Assembly: GCF_001194135.2 (NCBI RefSeq)
Contig: NC_069005.1
Span: 215,671 to 279,670, forward strand
Length of the DNA stretch: 64,000 nucleotides
Source: Octopus bimaculoides
Taxonomy: Eukaryota
Reading direction: 5' to 3'
Numbering within the stretch: position 1 is the first letter of the stretch; the number at the start of each line of letters is the position of its first letter. A model generated the notes under the pieces. That model was not told the origin of the DNA. It searched no databases and saw only the letters and a list, made by a program, of their open reading frames with translations. Shown here piece by piece: positions 1 through 11,420 of this stretch. Made by a program: the position numbers and the translations under genes.

Positions 1-19
1 TATATATAAAGCAAAAAGG

Positions 20-294
20 AAACAGGTCTCTTCCCGTAAGTACTGAAACTGCGTCCCGTTAATCCGCTTACCGAGAGCTTACCACAGAATCTTTGTCGCT
101 CGCTTCTTCTTTTGTGCCAAATGACCGGTTTTGTTTTGATTCGCAGAAAAGATGTTCGTAAGATGCCGGGAAGCCCTTCACAAAAATTTTTCAAGTGGGT
201 TTGCTTTAAACAAGTTCAAAAATCAAGTCGGATTTCGCTTTCTCCGGATTTACTTGTAAAATAGTTGCAAACTCGTAAAATGTTGGTGCAGTCA
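20..294 (-). mobile_element. Decayed LINE ORF1 N-terminal remnant (same family as 4041-4540)
   Basis: Minus strand reads MTAPTFYEFATILQVNPEK...RSFGTKEEA...STYGKRPVS with stops and frameshifts. 102-121 matches 4404-4423 at 17/20 nt (FGTKEEA in both). Confidence 0.55.
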
Positions 295-466
295 TAGCAG
301 AGGAATATATATGTATGTATGTATGTATTGTATTGTATGTATGTATGTATGGGTGTGGCTACTTGTATGTCTTCCTTCTCTCTGTACGTACGGACAGAAG
401 ATATATAAATATGAGTACAATATTGGACACAAATTAATTTATACTCTTTTCTGTATGTACATGCTG

Positions 467-517
<51 letters not shown>

Positions 518-785
518 ATATGTGTGTTATGGTGTTATGGTGTGTACATTAGGTTGACTGTTCCAACTGTATCTCTGTATAACTTGATGTTTGTTTACTT
601 AAATCTCCGCGTAGAAGTGACTCGAATAGTTTGCACTCCGTTTTATGTATTGTGTCGAGGTAGGCATCTGTGCGCATCGATGCCTTTAGAAATGATATTC
701 TCAACTAACTTCTCTTTCTCTCTCCCTCACTCTCATATAATTGTATGCATATTTATATATAACCATGCACACACAGACACACGTG

Positions 786-844
<59 letters not shown>
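786..844. repeat. (GATA)n microsatellite
   Basis: Perfect TAGA tandem run. Confidence 0.97.
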
Positions 845-845
<1 letters not shown>

Positions 846-1119
846 GGTATAGTATATATTTCTGAATTTCTTATTGTGCTTGTCTATAAAGGTATAAATA
901 TTTGGGTATAATACATACGTATACAAATAGAAATGTTTGCGTGCCTCAGTTTATAAATGCGTAAGTTTATAATACACAAATAGCTTTAAACTGTTTATAT
1001 ATGTGTTTGTTTGTGTGTATGTGCGAGAGAGTATGTGTGTGTGTGTGTGTGTGTGCATGCAAATTATGTAAATATGTTTACGTGCGTGCATTCAAAGAAA
1101 GGGTCAGTTGTTTTCCGCT

Positions 1120-1240
1120 CGTCTGTCGTGTGCCCATGCCTTTTCGTATCCAATACTGACCAACACTATGTCCAGTCAGTGTATTTGCTCAAACAGACCG
1201 CACCATTCTTCAACGTTTCGCTCTCGGGTTCCACGCGGGC
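1120..1240 (-). mobile_element. Second decayed LINE ORF1 N-terminal remnant
   Basis: TTCGCTCTCGGG at 1217-1228 is identical to 4505-4516. The minus strand continues cccgagagcgaa..gttgaagaatgg..tgagcaaa, aligning by eye with cccgagagcgaagtacaagaatgc..ggaacaaa of the 4.5 kb copy. Confidence 0.45.
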
Positions 1241-1335
1241 AGCAGAATGGAAATCTGGCCGCCTAAATTATTGGTTGCTATCGACATGCGTGAGAGAGTG
1301 TCTGTGTGTGTATATATCAGTGACCGTATGTGTGA

Positions 1336-1377
<42 letters not shown>

Positions 1378-1529
1378 GCCGGTTCCATTGGACACATATG
1401 TAAATGGGATTTTTTATATGTGAATGCATTAATGTGTGTGCGCGCGCGCATGCGTAAGTGTCTCTGTGTGTGTGTGTGTGCGTGCAATACAAGACATTAA
1501 AACTTCCTCTTCTTCATCTTTCTGTCTGC

Positions 1530-1564
<35 letters not shown>

Positions 1565-2109
1565 CCTCTCTCATACATAAATGCATCTCAACACACCCGC
1601 ACACACACAACAAGCTGTTATTATACGTTGGCGCGCGTATGAGCTGCTTATGTCTGGCCGTATATATTCATACATATATATAGTCAAACAAACGTACACA
1701 CATATGTATATATGTATATTTATATATATATATAGTTGCATAGTAATTCATATACATATATATACACACGCACACACACGCATATATGTTGCACATCTAT
1801 GCAAACGTTTGTCTGTCTGTCTGTTTATGCACGTGCACACGAACAAAACATGCAGCATCGCACACACACGCGCAGCCGGAGCACAGAAAAAAAGATGAAC
1901 AGATCGTGTTACTCAGACAGATAGCAGCGTTAGTGAGGGTGGTCGTGCGGGGAGCGGCGGTATGGTTCTGGTAATATCTGTAGTCGTTGTTGTTGTTTTT
2001 ACCGTCGTTGCTGTTGTTGTTGTTTAGAAACAATTCCAACCGAGATTAAGCAGTTTTTATGGTTGAAACTGTTCCGGCCATGCCCATCCCATCTGAATTT
2101 CATACAGTA

Positions 2110-2370
2110 TACAGTAATCCCTCGACTATCGCGGGTGCTACGTTCCAAATCCCACCGCGATAGTTGAAAATCCGCAAAGTAGAAACAGTACTGCTAATTT
2201 TTTTATTTTCTTAATTTGTATATATTTTTTTATAAATGCAAAACACGACGACGCAGGAATCGACGTAAGCTTAAATAATAAACCGCGATAGGTGAACCGC
2301 GATAGGTGAACCGCGATAGGTGAACCGCGATAGGTGAACCGCGATAGGTGAACCGCGATAGGTGAACCGC
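2110..2370 (+). mobile_element. Pogo/Tigger-like MITE remnant, left TIR only
   Basis: TA followed by CAGTAATCCCTCGACTATCGCGG, a Tigger-type CAGTA terminus. The subterminal motif ACCGCGATAG.TGAA occurs at about 2155 and again at the right end. No right TIR is visible. Confidence 0.55.
2281..2370. repeat. 14-bp tandem array (AACCGCGATAGGTG) x6.4
   Basis: Six perfect units plus AACCGC, no spacers. Confidence 0.95.
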
Positions 2371-3121
2371 TCATGATTTTGAGGGAGATTCAGCTGCTAT
2401 TTTTAGCCAGCCTGGTGTTCGCATAATGTCCTCTTTGCTGGATCCGAGCGACTAGTGGCAGGAAGTTATAGATTTTTAGCCCTAGGCAGGCTCTAACAGC
2501 ACACAATTATGATCAAAGATGTTCAAGCATGACCATCCCACCTTTCATACGATTTTACATGGTGTTAGGTTGACATCTGAGTGCATTCGGCTGCTATTTC
2601 TTGCAGACTGCGTGACCACGTAAAGGCTCCACATTAGTTCGAGACATGGATCATCCCTGAGGATGTGGGGGCACAACTGAGCAGGGGTAAGGAAGGTGAG
2701 CGTGATGGTGTCGGTGGTGAAGAGGTTTAGCCCCAGTCAGCCTTGATCTCGCAGGACTGATCAAATCCATTCCAGCGGTGACCATTCCGTCGTTTTCTGG
2801 AGAGGTTGGATGACATTACTTACGTCAGCTTCGTGGATTTAAGAGGGCAAAATATGTGATTCGAAGGAGATTTGGCTGTTATATCTCGCACGTCTAATGA
2901 CCACACACACAGAGAGGTGGGGATGGTTTTGGTTGAGTCGAGGAGGAGGAGGATGCTCTCCCCCTCTCTCACTCTCTTCCTCTCTATCATATTGTCAACC
3001 TATTCTGACAATGAGAGAGAAACCAAAATCTTACATGATTGTGTAGCGCTCGCATTTACGTACATATATATATATGTGCGTGAGTGTGTGTGTACATGTA
3101 TGCACACACATATATATACAT

Positions 3122-3153
<32 letters not shown>

Positions 3154-3392
3154 AGGTTGATCAAAAGTCACCTGACAGTAAATCAAAACCATTTAATTCC
3201 AAGATTTATGTTTAAGAACTGAATGAATTTCATAAAAGCGTATAAATATGAAACGTGATGAAAACTGTTCAAACTGAAGTCCTTCCTGGGCAACACATTT
3301 TTCTATTTGAGTCAATACAGAATTACAGAGAGTATTTATGGAGTTCTGATTTACTGTCGGGTGACTTTTGGCCAAAATGTGTGTGTGTGCGT

Positions 3393-3439
<47 letters not shown>

Positions 3440-3729
3440 CGTGCNNNNNNNNNNNNNNNNNNNNNNNNNNNNNNNNNNNNNNNNNNNNNNNNNNNNNNNN
3501 NNNNNNNNNNNNNNNNNNNNNNNNNNNNNNNNNNNNNNNNNNNNNNNNNNNNNNNNNNNNNNNNNNNNNNNNNNNNNNNNNNNNNNNNNNNNNNNNNNNN
3601 NNNNNNNNNNNNNNNNNNNNNNNNNNNNNNNNNNNNNNNNNNNNNNNNNNNNNNNNNNNNNNNNNNNNNNNNNNNNNNNNNNNNNNNNNNNNNNNNNNNN
3701 NNNNNNNNNNNNNATATATATACATGAAC

Positions 3730-4045
3730 CATGACAAGACTAGCCCAGAAACAAAAAAAATCCTTTTGGTTCCACAAACTATTCGAAATCAGATCATGGG
3801 AATGCTCCCTCCCAACCAACCTCCTACACGATTTCTAAATATAGGAACCATCCTTGCAAAACACAAATACAAATTTGGAGATGAAGAAAAAAGGTTGGCC
3901 GTTCCCCTAAAATTCTTATAAAAAAGATTTCTGATGTTGACAAAATAATACACGCGTCCTCCTATCAAATACTGTCTTCAAATTCTTTCTGTATCTATAT
4001 GCTTTTAAACAATTAGGATTTCTGATGAACTTATAAACAATTATG
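3730..4045 (+). mobile_element. Possible highly decayed Penelope-like linker/GIY-YIG remnant
   Basis: Reads NIGTILAKHKYKFGDEEKR..PLKFL*K..DVDKIIHASSYQIL...YAFKQ across frameshifts, a loose fit to the PLE pattern TIxxILxxxKDK...VYK.C..C.K.YIG.T. Confidence 0.25.
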
Positions 4046-4540
4046 AACTTATTCTATTTGTTTCAGGGCAGGAAACATCTAAATGTTTTACAGATCCACA
4101 TTTGTGGCCTATTGGTTTTCTACCCTCCACGAACATGGATAGGTGCAGCTGGTCGATATGGTCCTGTTTGCATTGCAAGGTCAGTTCCATACCTATATCT
4201 AACCAGTTTTGCTTAGGTAGTTTCTTGATCTCCACTGTTGTGACTTCGTCTTCTTCGAAACCTGCCAAGACGGCCGCCACTAACCAGGTAATGGATATTT
4301 CGGTGGCACATTCAGCACCCTAATCTTGGCAAGACGTTGACCACGATAGCTGGGGATTAAGAAAAAGTTGTCATTCCTCAAAGTGGTTACGGGGTTACAT
4401 CTAGCTTCTTCTTTCGTCCCAAATCTCACCTCAATGGCTCCAAACTTCTTTCCTCGGGTGATGTGGGTCTTTTGTTCCCACACGCGCCCAAAGCATTCTT
4501 GTACTTCGCTCTCGGGAGCATTTTCCAACCGCCGAGACTT
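4041..4540 (-). mobile_element. LINE ORF1 remnant (Tx1/L1-type, RRM-like region plus CCHC zinc knuckle)
   Basis: Two adjacent ORFs (4280-4528, 4041-4280): ITRGKKFGAIEVRFGTKEEA..LIPSYRGQRLAKIRVLNVPP, then FVEGRKPIGHKCGSVKHLDVSCPE = CX2CX4HX4C with the first Cys changed to Gly. Confidence 0.7.
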
Positions 4541-4736
4541 TCTATTATAGGCACAAGGCCTTAAATCTGTGAGGAGGGTCTGCCCCTATTACATCGGTCT
4601 CGGTGCTTTCATTGACCCCAGTTGGAGGAAAGGTAAAGTCGACCTCGGCAGAATTTGAACTCAGAACGTGAAGACGGATGAAATACCGCAAAGCAATTTG
4701 ACCGGAATGCCAACGATTCTGCTAGCTTGTTGCCTA
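4539..4736 (-). mobile_element. tRNA-headed SINE family A
   Basis: Reverse complement has B-box GAGTTCAAATTCTGCC followed by GAGGTCGACTTTACCTTTCCTCC, shared with about 13 other copies in the window. Confidence 0.85.
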
Positions 4737-5412
4737 GGCACCAATATTAACCGTTATCACTGGTTTTGCGAAAGTTCAGTTCCAGACATCAATAATTTCA
4801 GCAGCAACGAAATTTCCTTCCTGGTGGATCTGGATAGTTGTGAGGTGGAGGCGAGAATTGATCCGGAGGAGACGACGACCTTACAGTACTCAAGGTCGAC
4901 AGTTCGCATCCTGTTCTGGAGCAATATTTGCTATTGTGTACTGAGTCACTGGCCTGAGATGAGCAGACAGGTATAATTAGAAAGATGTTGAGAAAAGGTT
5001 GAAGTTCACAGCTTAAAGAGAAAACTTCATCGGAAAGTGTTACTTCAATTAATTTACAGCGGTGCAGCCAGATATTCCGATGTTCTATGTGCTTGCGCGC
5101 GCAGCACGTGTATATATACATACGTACAAACAAATAGGGTTCCAGTTGTCCATTATTGGACACCGCCTCCTTTTTTATTATTATTATTTTAGATATTACA
5201 TTTAAGTACTAATTGATACGATGCATTTTACAAGCTCAACCGAACCTTGCAATTTGCAAATGTCCTTTCGATAGGAATCGATCATTTATCAGCTACGGTC
5301 GTAATAACCATTAAAGCATGCAATATGAAACTGAAAAATAAAAGGAAACAAATGTTGAGGATGAACAAATCTCCATATTCTATATCATTATAATTATTAC
5401 TAAAACATATGT

Positions 5413-5778
5413 ATAGGTTGTATGGTAAGAAGCTTGCTTCCCAACCACATGGTTCCGGGTTCAGTCCCATTGCGTGGCACCTTGGGCAAGTGTCTTCTAC
5501 TATAGTCTCGGGCCGACCGAAGCCTTGTGAGTAAATTTGGTAGACAGAAACTGAAAGAAGCCCGTCTTGTATATATTTTTTTATGTGTGTGTATGTGTTC
5601 GTCCCCCACCACCATCGCTTGACAACCGATGTTGGTGTGTTTACATCCCTGGACTTTAGCGGCTCGGCAAAAGGGATCGATAGAATAAGTAGTAGGCATA
5701 CAAATAAGTCCTGGGGTCGATTTGATTCGACTAAAGGCGGTGCTCCAGCATGGTCACACTCAAATGACTGAAACGTAA
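5413..5778 (+). mobile_element. tRNA-headed SINE family B, near full length, with internal microsatellite
   Basis: TGGTAAGAAGCTTGCTTCCCAACC...GGGTTCAGTCCC head, CCTTGGGCAAGTGTCTTC domain and 3' GGCGGTGCTCCAGCATGG segment, all repeated elsewhere in the window. Confidence 0.88.
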
Positions 5779-5979
5779 AAACAGTATATGTGTATATATA
5801 TATATATATATACGTTTCGGTTTACCGCCCATCAATCCTCCTCCTATAACCGCTAATAAGCTAAAACTGATGTCTGTCTAACTGACCCTTGTCAAAATTA
5901 ATGTCTTATTTTTATTTACACTGAACGTTTGCTCAATGTTGATTATTTCTCTCAATAAACATACACACATTACGCAGAT

Positions 5980-6029
<50 letters not shown>

Positions 6030-6233
6030 TATTTATATATTTTTATTCTATCCTAGACATTTGTCCTTTAAATCCATCTCTGATCGGAGTCTTGTTTGCA
6101 GACTGAATTACCAGGTCTTTTGTTTCTTCACATTACGTATTTATATCTTTCGTCTCAAGTTACTCTTGAGCACTTCTAAGTCCAAACCTCTACATTCTGA
6201 GAGAATTTCTAAATCAATTTTCTTCCTCAAAAC

Positions 6234-6276
<43 letters not shown>

Positions 6277-6281
6277 GATGA

Positions 6282-6353
6282 ATATATCCTCTTACCCCAC
6301 TCTCTGTCTATATATATATACATACACACACATATGTACATTTACATATACTT

Positions 6354-6385
<32 letters not shown>

Positions 6386-6503
6386 CACAATCTATATACA
6401 TACATAAACACTAACACACACACACGCACATATGTATGCATATATCCTCTTCCCCACTCTCTCTGTCTGTACATATATACACACATATGTACATTTACAT
6501 ATA

Positions 6504-6551
<48 letters not shown>

Positions 6552-6595
6552 CATTCTATATACATACATACATAAACACTAACACACACACACGC
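6282..6595. repeat. Local tandem duplication, about 158-bp unit x2, with embedded microsatellites
   Basis: 6282-6427 and 6440-6595 share atatatcctctt.cccactctct...catatgtacatttacatatactt...cataaacactaacacacacacacgc. Confidence 0.85.
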
Positions 6596-7984
6596 CTATC
6601 TATATTTTCCCACCAAAGTACAAATATGTTGTCCAAATATTATTCATACTGTTATGGATTCTTCAATTCATCCGAAATATAAGGCTTCACCTTTTACCAA
6701 GAGAACTGTTCTAGCGTTCTTTACCCTCAACCAGAAAAATCACTCTTCCTTTCACGCCTTTTCTTGTTCGGTTTTTTTTATTGCTTGTTTTTTTAATTTC
6801 CTCTTTCAATCTCAGATCATGTCATGAGTTTTTTTTCTGTAGATTGATTCCTTTACTGATAAATTCTAAAACGTGCTTTTGAAAAGCATAAACATGTTTG
6901 AAGATTACTCGTGCCAGGAAAATTCTTGAACCTTGCCTTTTTATTGATATATTTCCCTTTATCACAATCTATATCAGGTTTGCATGCTTAATGTATCACC
7001 GTTAATGTATTGGACAGCTTTGTGCACCAAATATTTTCTATGTACCTCGCTCACTTCGTTGCTAGATTCCACTTGGCTCTGATACAATCTTTATGCATTT
7101 TGCTGAGCTTCATTTGTGTTTGTTATCGTTTTACTTCCGTATTAATAGCCGGATTCGGTATTGGAGATATTGCAGTATTTGTCCAACATGACTTCAAATT
7201 TACTAATTGTAGCAAACATGCACCAATATCTCCCATGTTTTGTGGTGTATTTCGGCGTTGTTAACCAACTGGACCGAAATACAGAAGTCCTCAGAAATTC
7301 CGCAGCGCCTAGATTTTCCTACAAGTTACCACGATAGGCATCGACTTTTTAAACACTAAAACGTTCACTATTCGTGACGATCTCCTGTTGCTTAAAACAA
7401 GGAGTGCAACATCCGAATATATATATTTAACCCGAGAAGGTTTGAAGTGACTTACAAGCAACACGGAGACCTCGATTCGTATACGAACCGGTGGCTCTTC
7501 AATTGACTTTCAGATAATATATCTACCCGACCGAATATCGATTATTTCGATCAAAATTTGTTAGAAAATAAGAAAAGGTGGTCAATAGACTTCATGTCTT
7601 ATTAATAAGGTTACTCGATCCTTGCAATAGCAAAAACAACATCAACACACACACAATATACACATATGAAGCAGGGTATAAAGTTTAATACCATAAATCT
7701 TGAGAAAACGATTGATGTTTTTCAGCGACCAGACACGTTACTTTGTCTCGCTTTCCAAATGAGATTGATAACTTCCTGCGGCGCTGGTGTTTGTCTGGTA
7801 AGAATAACATTTAACGTTTCTAAGATGTTAATCAAAGAATATGCGTCTCGGAATATCATAGCAATTTTCTTTTAGTTCATAATTATACCAAAAACATGAC
7901 ATACACGCAAAATGGGCATAAAGAACTTTGCATCTTTGTTTCCAAACATACATGCAAACAACACCCAAACGTGTGTGTGCGTGC

Positions 7985-8022
<38 letters not shown>

Positions 8023-8409
8023 AAGTAACTCGTTAATTATTTCTAGTGCTCTTTTTCTGAAACATTCTTCGCTGAAGTTAGCGGCGTGTGCGCATTACCT
8101 GACGTCGTCTCACTGTAATTCTTTTTGTGTCACATGCCTAGACATGATCTCCCTCTAATAACTACGGCATAGAATGGGGGAGGAGTGAGTGTATGTTGTG
8201 AGTGAGTGTGAGTGCGTGCGTATGCAAGTGTAAGTCATTGTTTCTAAAGCACTTGTAATTATTTTTTTCCCCATTTGGTAGGAAATTAGCTGCGCACGCA
8301 TCACGTGGTAGCCACTGCGTCATGCATTGACTTCCTATAGTGTCACGTAACCTGCCGTTAATCATTCTGTTGGAAGTTGAGATGGAAATGAATTGATCGT
8401 TGTTATAAC

Positions 8410-8535
8410 TGTAACGGTGAGCGTCCTGGCTTCTCTTGGTCGCTGAATAAAGTGTTTTCTTTGAACTGAGGGAGGATCAGAAGCTGAACTTTATGAACTT
8501 TATGAAATGCATTCAGCACAAGTTTCACCGTTACA
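8410..8535 (+). mobile_element. Small solo-LTR-like element
   Basis: Starts TGTAACGGTGA and ends TCACCGTTACA (perfect 11-bp inverted termini, TG...CA). AATAAA at 8446-8451. No target-site duplication seen. Confidence 0.5.
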
Positions 8536-9000
8536 GACTCTCGTCAAAATGGTTACACACATAATATACATAAAGAAGGAGCTGGATGTCTAAGAATTTC
8601 TTGTGCTGACGATGGCACTGAACGAACAAGGTTCTGGAGAAGTGATGCAATGCTGCTTACAAAGGGGTGACAATTTGCAAGTTATTCCTCATCCTGTCAA
8701 TCTTCAACAGTAAATATATATATGAACACACATACGCTCGTGTACATTATATATATATATATATATNNNNNNNNNNNNNNNNNNNNNNNNNNNNNNNNNN
8801 NNNNNNNNNNNNNNNNNNNNNNNNNNNNNNNNNNNNNNNNTATATATATACACATATATATATACATGTTTACACACACATTTGAATAAAGTGATAGGCG
8901 AAACTTGTTATTCGTAAGCTTGCTTTAAAATAATAACCTTCTTCTAACACAAATGCACACAAACATACAGACACGCATTCACTCAAATCCACATGCGGGT

Positions 9001-9152
9001 GGGTGGAAGGAAGGAAGGAAGGAACGAAGGAAGGCAGGAAGGACGGACGGGCCGACCGCCCGACCGACCTACAGACAGACAGCAGACGGATGGCCGGATG
9101 GACGGACGGACAGAGAGAGAGGTGGGGAGAATGACAGAGAGAGAGAGAGAGA
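9001..9152. repeat. Compound tetranucleotide microsatellite (GGAA/GGAC/CCGA/GACA/GGAT/GA)
   Basis: Consecutive short runs of related 4-mers. Confidence 0.85.
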
Positions 9153-10027
9153 GATTCGGACATAGTTTATCTTTATTTGTATCCTGAACTGGAATGGTCG
9201 TGGAATGGAATCGCCGGTGCCACTTATTAACTGACTAATTAAATATCATCAAAAAGAGAAGAAGAAAAAAAAAGAACACCACCAAAAGCCAGTTGGTAAT
9301 ATTTAAGGATGGTGAAAATATAGCGCCATGTTAAATAATAGTGTTTTGTTTAAGCTGTTCAATTAAAAATAGAAGCGCAGTTAAGTGCAGCATCAACGGT
9401 TTGAAGAGACGACATCAGCGACATTAAACTGAAAACTATTTTATCTGCATCTCACTGTTTCTCGTTTGTTGATTTTTCTGAGTTTGCCTGATTTAAATAA
9501 TAATGATGTTATTTGTTTCTTAGCAGTAAGAGTGGCGGTGGTGATAGTAGGGGGTGGGGTGGGGGAAAATGATGGTGGTGGTTGTGGTGGTGGTGATGGA
9601 GATGATGGATGTTGTGGTGGTGGTGGCGGCTTAACCCAAGTCGACATACGATGAAAAGAAGTTCTCTCTTAGAACCTCCCGTCTGATTAATGTTATTTTG
9701 GCCAATATCATCAGATGCAGAGGAACCCGATCTGCCGTTTCCGCACAACTTGACACGGAGAAAGATGGCATTGTCTTCATTATAGCACTATAAGTAATGT
9801 TTGTGGCTCTCAAAAGAGAGTTGTAGAAGCACCTGTTATCATATCGCAATTTTCTATTCGATCGACATGAGGCAAACTGTATTTGATGCATTGATTAATA
9901 CAATTTATTGATCAGTTATCGAATCATCTGTATTTTCTATGCAAACCTGCGTTTTACCACGATCATATGAATGGTCCCACTACCTTTGTGCGTGCGTGTG
10001 TTTGTATAATATATTATACATATATAC

Positions 10028-10058
<31 letters not shown>

Positions 10059-10193
10059 CATAACTTTAAATCTTAAGGAGTTATGACTAAAGAACATTGC
10101 CTTCATTCCATTTCGGATGAGCATCAGGATTCAGTTCTCTTTTGTCAATCAAAACTCTTGGATTCGCCTGGATGCACAAGAAGCACTGTAGAC

Positions 10194-10427
10194 TTATTTC
10201 TTTATTGCCCACAAGGGGTTAAACATAGAGGGGACAAACAAAGACAGACAAAGGGATTAAGTCGATTACATCGACCCCAGTGATAAACTGGTACTTATTT
10301 AATCGACTCCGAAAGGATGAAAGCAAAGTCGACCTCGGCGGAATTTGAACTCAGAACCTAACGGCAGACGAAATACCGCTAGGCATTTCGCCGGGCATGC
10401 TAACGTTTCTGCCACCTCGCCGCCTTA
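10194..10427 (-). mobile_element. SINE family A, full length
   Basis: Reverse complement begins AAGGCGGCGAGGTGGCAGAAACGTTAGC (A box), has B box GAGTTCAAATTCCGCC and ends in a CCCCTTGTGGGCAATAAAGAAATAAG tail. Confidence 0.9.
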
Positions 10428-11355
10428 AGAGAAAGCAACATTTCGATAAAAGTAAGAATTAGAAAGCACAAAAAAAGAAAACATAGAATTGCCAATTGTG
10501 GTTGATTTCACTGTGTATAGTTTTTTTCCGAATCACTCAGTTTCGCATTTCTATTTTAAGCACCGAATCTTGAGCACATTTTTGGTTTTATTTGTTCATC
10601 CACGTAACTAGTGTACATGGTTCTATATAAGTTCATCCATAATGCTACGATATGGTGTTCAATTAAACTAATTAATGATTAGAATACTTCCTTTTTCATG
10701 CTTTTAAGGGTTACTAAGATTAATCAAGTATTTTCTAGGTTGTGAGGTATAAAATCATTTGGAAACCTCTGCGCTGATGTACGCAAACTTCTTATTAGGC
10801 CGTAGGGTGTAAGGTGAGAAAGATGTGGTTACTATTTCTAGCAAATCGAGGATCTGTCGTTTGCTTGCTGTTGTAATATTGTTTAAGTCGATAGTGTTTT
10901 TCATAAAGTTTTATGGAATAAAGTCGTAGCTTATTCAAAAGTGAGGCTGGATTAAAGTTGATCCGAAGATTTCATGATATTGTGTGATGTTTGCTTTCTC
11001 AAGTCTATTTCGCTGCTGCAACGAACAGAATTAGCAGCAACTTGAAAACCTAGATTCAGCTCAGAAAGGATTTATTTCTTACTTGCACAAACCTCGACCC
11101 ACCTATATAAAAATACGATCAAGCTAACGCAGCAGTTTGTACGTAGTCGCTTGATATGGTAGAAAGAGCAGCAAAGCTATCTGCAAAGCACCATACAGCG
11201 CTTGAAAATAAGACACATGGGATAAAGTATTCTGGATCCCTTCCAAACCTGTAAAAAGGCGATGGTTAACTCTGATCCTAGCTCCTCTACTCCATCGGAG
11301 ACAGACCTTCGACGTAACAATAACAAAAAAATGGATTTTTGATCTAGCATTCTAT

Positions 11356-11420
11356 GATAGGGTTCCTGTCTCTGAAGAAGTGAAAATTACGCTGAAATCA
11401 TGTGATACAACAATCCTATC
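11356..11420 (+). ncRNA. Degenerate type I hammerhead-ribozyme-like motif
   Basis: Stem I (GAUAGGGUUCCUGUCU with AUACAACAAUCCUAUC, 13/16 paired), CUGAAGA, stem II AGUG/CGCU, GAAA, short stem III. The cleavage triplet reads GUG, which is non-cleavable. Confidence 0.5.

Noticed and set aside
7476-7487. 12-bp palindrome TTCGTATACGAA resembling a loxP half-site (also CATCGAGCTCGATG at 13973)
   Set aside because: Palindromes of 12-14 bp are expected several times by chance in 64 kb.
9650-9787. 138-nt minus-strand AG...GTATGT exon candidate
   Set aside because: Weak pyrimidine tract, two alternative open frames and no recognisable product.
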